Assembly: GCA_973895155.1 (NCBI GenBank)
Contig: OZ316897.1
Coordinates: 13,515,375 to 13,579,374, forward strand
Direction: 5' to 3'
Origin: Marsupella aquatica
Lineage: Eukaryota; Plantae; Marchantiophyta
Length of the DNA stretch: 64,000 nucleotides
Within the stretch, counting starts at the first letter, position 1. Every line of letters begins with the position of its first letter. Below the pieces are notes generated by a model that had not been told where the DNA came from, did not search any database, and saw only the letters and a program-made list of their open reading frames with translations. The position numbers and the translations under genes were made by a program. Shown here one piece after another: positions 60,252 through 64,000 of the stretch.

Positions 60252-61358
60252 TCAAGGACTTCGAGATTCACCAACTGCTATCCCATCTCCATTATCCATT
60301 GTCCCAGCTCTAAATAAACCACCTTTCGTTATGTGATGCCGAACAAGTGGGATCTCATCACTGTTCGTTTCATCCTCAGAGTGCTTTGAGATCATTGTTC
60401 CAATGGAGATACGGTGACTCATCGAAGATTGCAGTCCTGCCTCCATAGATGATCCAGAACAATCCACCATGTCCTTAGTCGCATGCAGCAAAAATGTGCC
60501 GGATAGAATGGTAACGAACCCACACAACACAGTGATTATCTGTGATGCGCTCCGGTTATCCCAATCCTTGAACATAATAGCACTCGCTAGAATGGTCAGA
60601 GACGTGAACATCACATAATAAATTGGTGATACTACCGCTGTATTGAATGTGTCGAGAGCCTTATTCAAGTAGTTCATTTGTGTCAGGACACAAGTGACCA
60701 CCACCATGGCAAAGACGGAGGTCTGCGGGTAGACAAGTTGATTATCACCTTGGAAAGTCAACTTCAGTGCTATGCCAAGGGCTTTCACACTCATCACAGA
60801 TAAAGAACCCATGAGTGAACATATTCCGACATAAACCATAACCTGTGTATGCCCCCAACGAGGCACAAAATGAAAAATAAGAAGAAGAACCACGGCAGCA
60901 ACTGACACCGTGTAAAGTAAGAAAGCCGGTTCCGTAGCCAGGCTCCACACCTCCTTCACTGACGTAATTTGCCCCTCTTCTGGGGCGTGAAGGACAATAG
61001 TAGTTGAGCCCACAATACATAGAACACACCCCACAATGCCGAACAGATGCAGTCTCTCATTCAAAATGACGTGTGCCAACGCTGCACTGACAATGATGCT
61101 GAGGGCTCCGAGAGGCGTGACGAGAACTGCTGGGGCAAATGCGTAAGCCATGAAATTGGCAATTTCCCCTACAATCATCGTGATCATACCCGCCCACCAT
61201 AATGGCTCCGAGAGATACGAGTATCCGCCAACGCCTGCTCTGACGCCAGATGCACCAGCCTTCTTGAGGCCTTTCTTCTTCACAATGAAACTGGATCCAA
61301 TGAAGAGGCTGGAACAAATGGCCAGGGCCAGCCCCCTGTGGTTATCTGCCGCTGACAT
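60252..61358 (-). CDS. NIPA-family probable magnesium transporter, 368 aa, intronless
   Basis: Single ORF: MSAADNHRGLALAICSSLFIGSSFIVKKKGL...GGYSYLSEPLWWAGM...GEIANFMAYAFAPAVLVTPLGALSII...QMNYLNKALDTFNTAVVSPIYYVMFT...CGFVTILSGTFLLH, the plant NIPA (DMT superfamily) consensus. Confidence 0.95.
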   Translation of the reverse strand: MSAADNHRGLALAICSSLFIGSSFIVKKKGLKKAGASGVRAGVGGYSYLSEPLWWAGMITMIVGEIANFMAYAFAPAVLVTPLGALSIIVSAALAHVILNERLHLFGIVGCVLCIVGSTTIVLHAPEEGQITSVKEVWSLATEPAFLLYTVSVAAVVLLLIFHFVPRWGHTQVMVYVGICSLMGSLSVMSVKALGIALKLTFQGDNQLVYPQTSVFAMVVVTCVLTQMNYLNKALDTFNTAVVSPIYYVMFTSLTILASAIMFKDWDNRSASQIITVLCGFVTILSGTFLLHATKDMVDCSGSSMEAGLQSSMSHRISIGTMISKHSEDETNSDEIPLVRHHITKGGLFRAGTMDNGDGIAVGESRSP

Positions 61359-62689
61359 GGGAACCTCCCCTAATGTTCCTCAATAAACGCCGATGCAGAC
61401 AAAACTCGTGCTTCTCAAACCGTTCGTCATCAGAGTACATCCAACTGTATTCTCTACCTACCGGACAGGCGGAAAACTGGCATTCTGCCCAGATCTGCGG
61501 CGGACCTCTCTTTCTACACCTACGTTCTTTCGATGGGCAATTTGAGGCTAGATCTGACGAGTAGGCTGGACCACAGGAAGCCTCGACACAGTCCTGAGAT
61601 AACTTGCAAGCTAGAATTCCATCAGGAGCTTTTCCACGACAACCAACCAGCAGCCAGACGGCATATACAGATCAGGCAGAATGGAATCACTTCAATCACT
61701 GTGCCTGGGTTCTTGATTGGACAGCAGAAGCGAAGTCGACCGTCCCCAGGAATCCGAGGTTGTAATGTGAGCTCTGTAAGTTACCGTCATGGACAGGAAC
61801 TGGATGAGAGTGCAAGACAACACTATGCCTCGTTGAGTGAGATCCTATCACGGGCGAACTGGCCTAATCTCTGGTTGTCCTGGAGCCACAAATTGACGTC
61901 CTTGAGTCAACTGCAATGCGTGGAGCAAAGGATAATGAGGCACGTGCATCGACAGCAATCTAGAATCGGAGATCTCGCCCTGCCTGATTTCAGCCTCAAT
62001 GGGGAAGCCCATTCGATTTCTCTTTGAATCCAGAGGGTTTTCTAGAGCGCCTTTCCAAAAGCTTCTCTTCCTTTCCCGAGTATCTTCACATTTGGAAGTA
62101 TTGTATCTTCTTGAGGAATCCGATTGATCACCCTACACATCCTCCCTTGACCTTATAATTCGCTCACCTCAGAATTCAAGGGTCCCCTAACAGACTATTC
62201 TCGACGAGAAACCTCCTTCACCCAGCAAGTAGCAATTTCACAGCGGTCTAGGGCATCATCGACAATTCATTCACCCACGTTGCATATTGAATTGACACCG
62301 ACGAAGATTGCACGACAGTCAGCTACTCCTATCAACATAACCCATGCACTCACGCTCCAAATCGCCTCCAACTTTGCTTGAAAGCATACCCAAGGCTTCA
62401 GGTTCTCCGATTCAAGGGGCCCCGCCCTACTTTCGCCGTCTTCCTCATCGGGAAAGCCAGACTGGTTCAATTCACTCTTCCCTATTCATGCCCAACCACA
62501 GAATGTCACCGCTACATCCGCCCTCGGCATGGCAACTCCAGCTGCAACCGCATCACGAACGCGTTCGCACCTATTCAACAGGCTGCCGACTCCCCCCAAT
62601 AAAACTCCATTAAAGAACACGGCCAGCAACTTCGTCAATCGTCAATCGTCAATCGCAGCATCCCGTGTACAATCGCGTAGCTAGTGGGA

Positions 62690-63060
62690 GGAGCATCCCG
62701 GTCTTTCCTTGAAAGGGTCTTCAAGTTAGGGCACCCGATTCTGCAATCACAGACCTACCTTCCCCGCATCTCCCTCGACGTTCCTCTTGGCTCTTGGAAA
62801 CTTTTGCCACCATACCTTCCACCCAGGACGCCTCCCCTAGTCAATCCTCTCCTCCATTCGCCATGCTCCACCGCCCGGCGACCTCCTCGAGTCAATCCTC
62901 TCCGTCCTCCTCCATACCCAAGTAGATGAAAACTGACGCCTCCTCAATCATTGATGTCGCCTCGATCGCTCCCTCCACCGTCCCGGCTACAGGACTACTA
63001 CTGTAGTAATTTAGAAGCACCAGGAGAGCTTTCTTCATCGAGGGAAGCGCTACAGGGGAC
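62690..63060 (+). mobile_element. Possible ancient copia remnant (integrase-RT linker)
   Basis: FKLGHP...TY...ISLDV, then a Pro-rich linker, then PPSRLQDYYC...GELSSSREALQ. This follows the order YKLWxP..ISRDV / RxPPxxLQDY / EPxSYxEAL. Confidence 0.3.
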
Positions 63061-63199
63061 TATTCTTTTTATCGTCTCCTCGCTCTCTCACAACTCCCCG
63101 TGTTGTTTTTCCGCTCCCGCCTCCCTCGCCACCGCCCCCTGCCCTCTGCCCCCTGCCCCTTGCCCCTTGTCCTTCTTTGTCCGCCCTGGCTTTTCTTCC

Positions 63200-63650
63200 A
63201 ATCCTTGTGTCCGTCTGTTTTTTCTGGGTTTGGAACTGAATTATTCCACTTGCAATGTTTTTTTTGTCTTTGCCCTGGGCTTGTGCCTGGTCTTTTGGGC
63301 CTTCTGGCTTTGGGGATTTTTCATGTTTTCCCTTGATTGGGTTTTTTGCCTGGGTTTGAAACTTAATTATTCCACTTGTAATGTTCTTTTTTCTTTGCCA
63401 TGGGCTTATGCCTGGTCTTTTTGGATTTGGGGAATTTTTTTTGTTCTTCTCCCTTGATTGTGTTTTTGGCCTGTGGGATCAATGCCTCTGGAATCATATC
63501 TCCCTGTTTAGCTCCCCCTCCTTTTTGGCAGTTTGATATATATTTGAATAGGATTGGTCACAACATGGCTCTTCTTTAAAAGGCTTTGTGTCTGTCCCTT
63601 TTTTTCTGGCTTGAAACTGATACTATTTCACTTGCAAGGTTTTTTTTCCA
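63200..63650. repeat. T-rich degenerate repeat, 3 copies
   Basis: CTGGGTTTG(G/A)AACT.AATTATTCCACTTG.AATGTT at ~63223 and 63350; weaker third copy at ~63606. Confidence 0.7.
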
Positions 63651-64000
63651 ATAGACATGTCAAGGCATGGCATGTGTGAGCACGGAAAAGACTTTTATGA
63701 CCAGGACAAAAATATTGGGCTACCTAAATACTAGGGCATGTCAAAATGCAACCATAAGCCCTGTCCTGTGTCCCTCATTCAAATAGCCATAAAACAAAGT
63801 TATGGGGACTTTTAGGGGCAGAGGTCAAGTACTTTCACATGTCCCGTAAAAACTGTTACGGGGTAGAAATGGATTTTACGGATGGTGACAAAGTTGCAGG
63901 TGTCATCACCATTGCAGGCTTTATGGCTGTCAATAGTTCAGTAGTATCTTGCAAATTGCAGTTCTGGTTCATGCGGGATAGAATCCTTGATGTATATGCA

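Noticed and set aside
39807-61358. LpxA-DIC-NIPA as a functional gene cluster
   Set aside because: These are unrelated housekeeping families 8-9 kb apart with no shared pathway or visible shared regulatory elements. Adjacency alone is not evidence.

Overview
This is eukaryotic land-plant nuclear DNA. The retroelement types suggest a non-seed plant such as a bryophyte or lycophyte, but that is an inference. The window has two halves. From 1 to ~37.3 kb it is a transposon graveyard. A CACTA element (right TIR ends at 5932) sits inside an Athila-like Ty3 element (tRNA-Asp PBS; 1.6-kb LTR carrying a MULE-type MITE). That element sits in the RT of Ty1/copia A, whose 5' leader is interrupted by a nearly complete copia B. 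Copia B is fused by a deletion to the gag of copia C. These are followed by a degenerate, apparently intron-poor cassette of a non-RD protein kinase and a coiled-coil/RING protein, a Ty3 RT fragment, a hAT transposase pseudogene, and an internally deleted Ty3 with a tRNA-Trp PBS. From ~37.3 to 64 kb it is genic. It holds a 10-coding-exon plant LpxA (39807-42537, +) with a CYP86-clan P450 fragment just downstream. It also holds an intronless mitochondrial dicarboxylate carrier (DIC, -) whose leader exon carries a 65-codon candidate peptide uORF, and an intronless NIPA-family Mg transporter (-) with an old tandem duplication of its 3' end. The spacers are unusually rich in short local tandem duplications. 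The best candidates for something undescribed are the TE-embedded kinase+RING cassette and the DIC uORF. No rRNA, tRNA gene or CRISPR array is supported. All calls come from reading motifs by eye; no searches were run.
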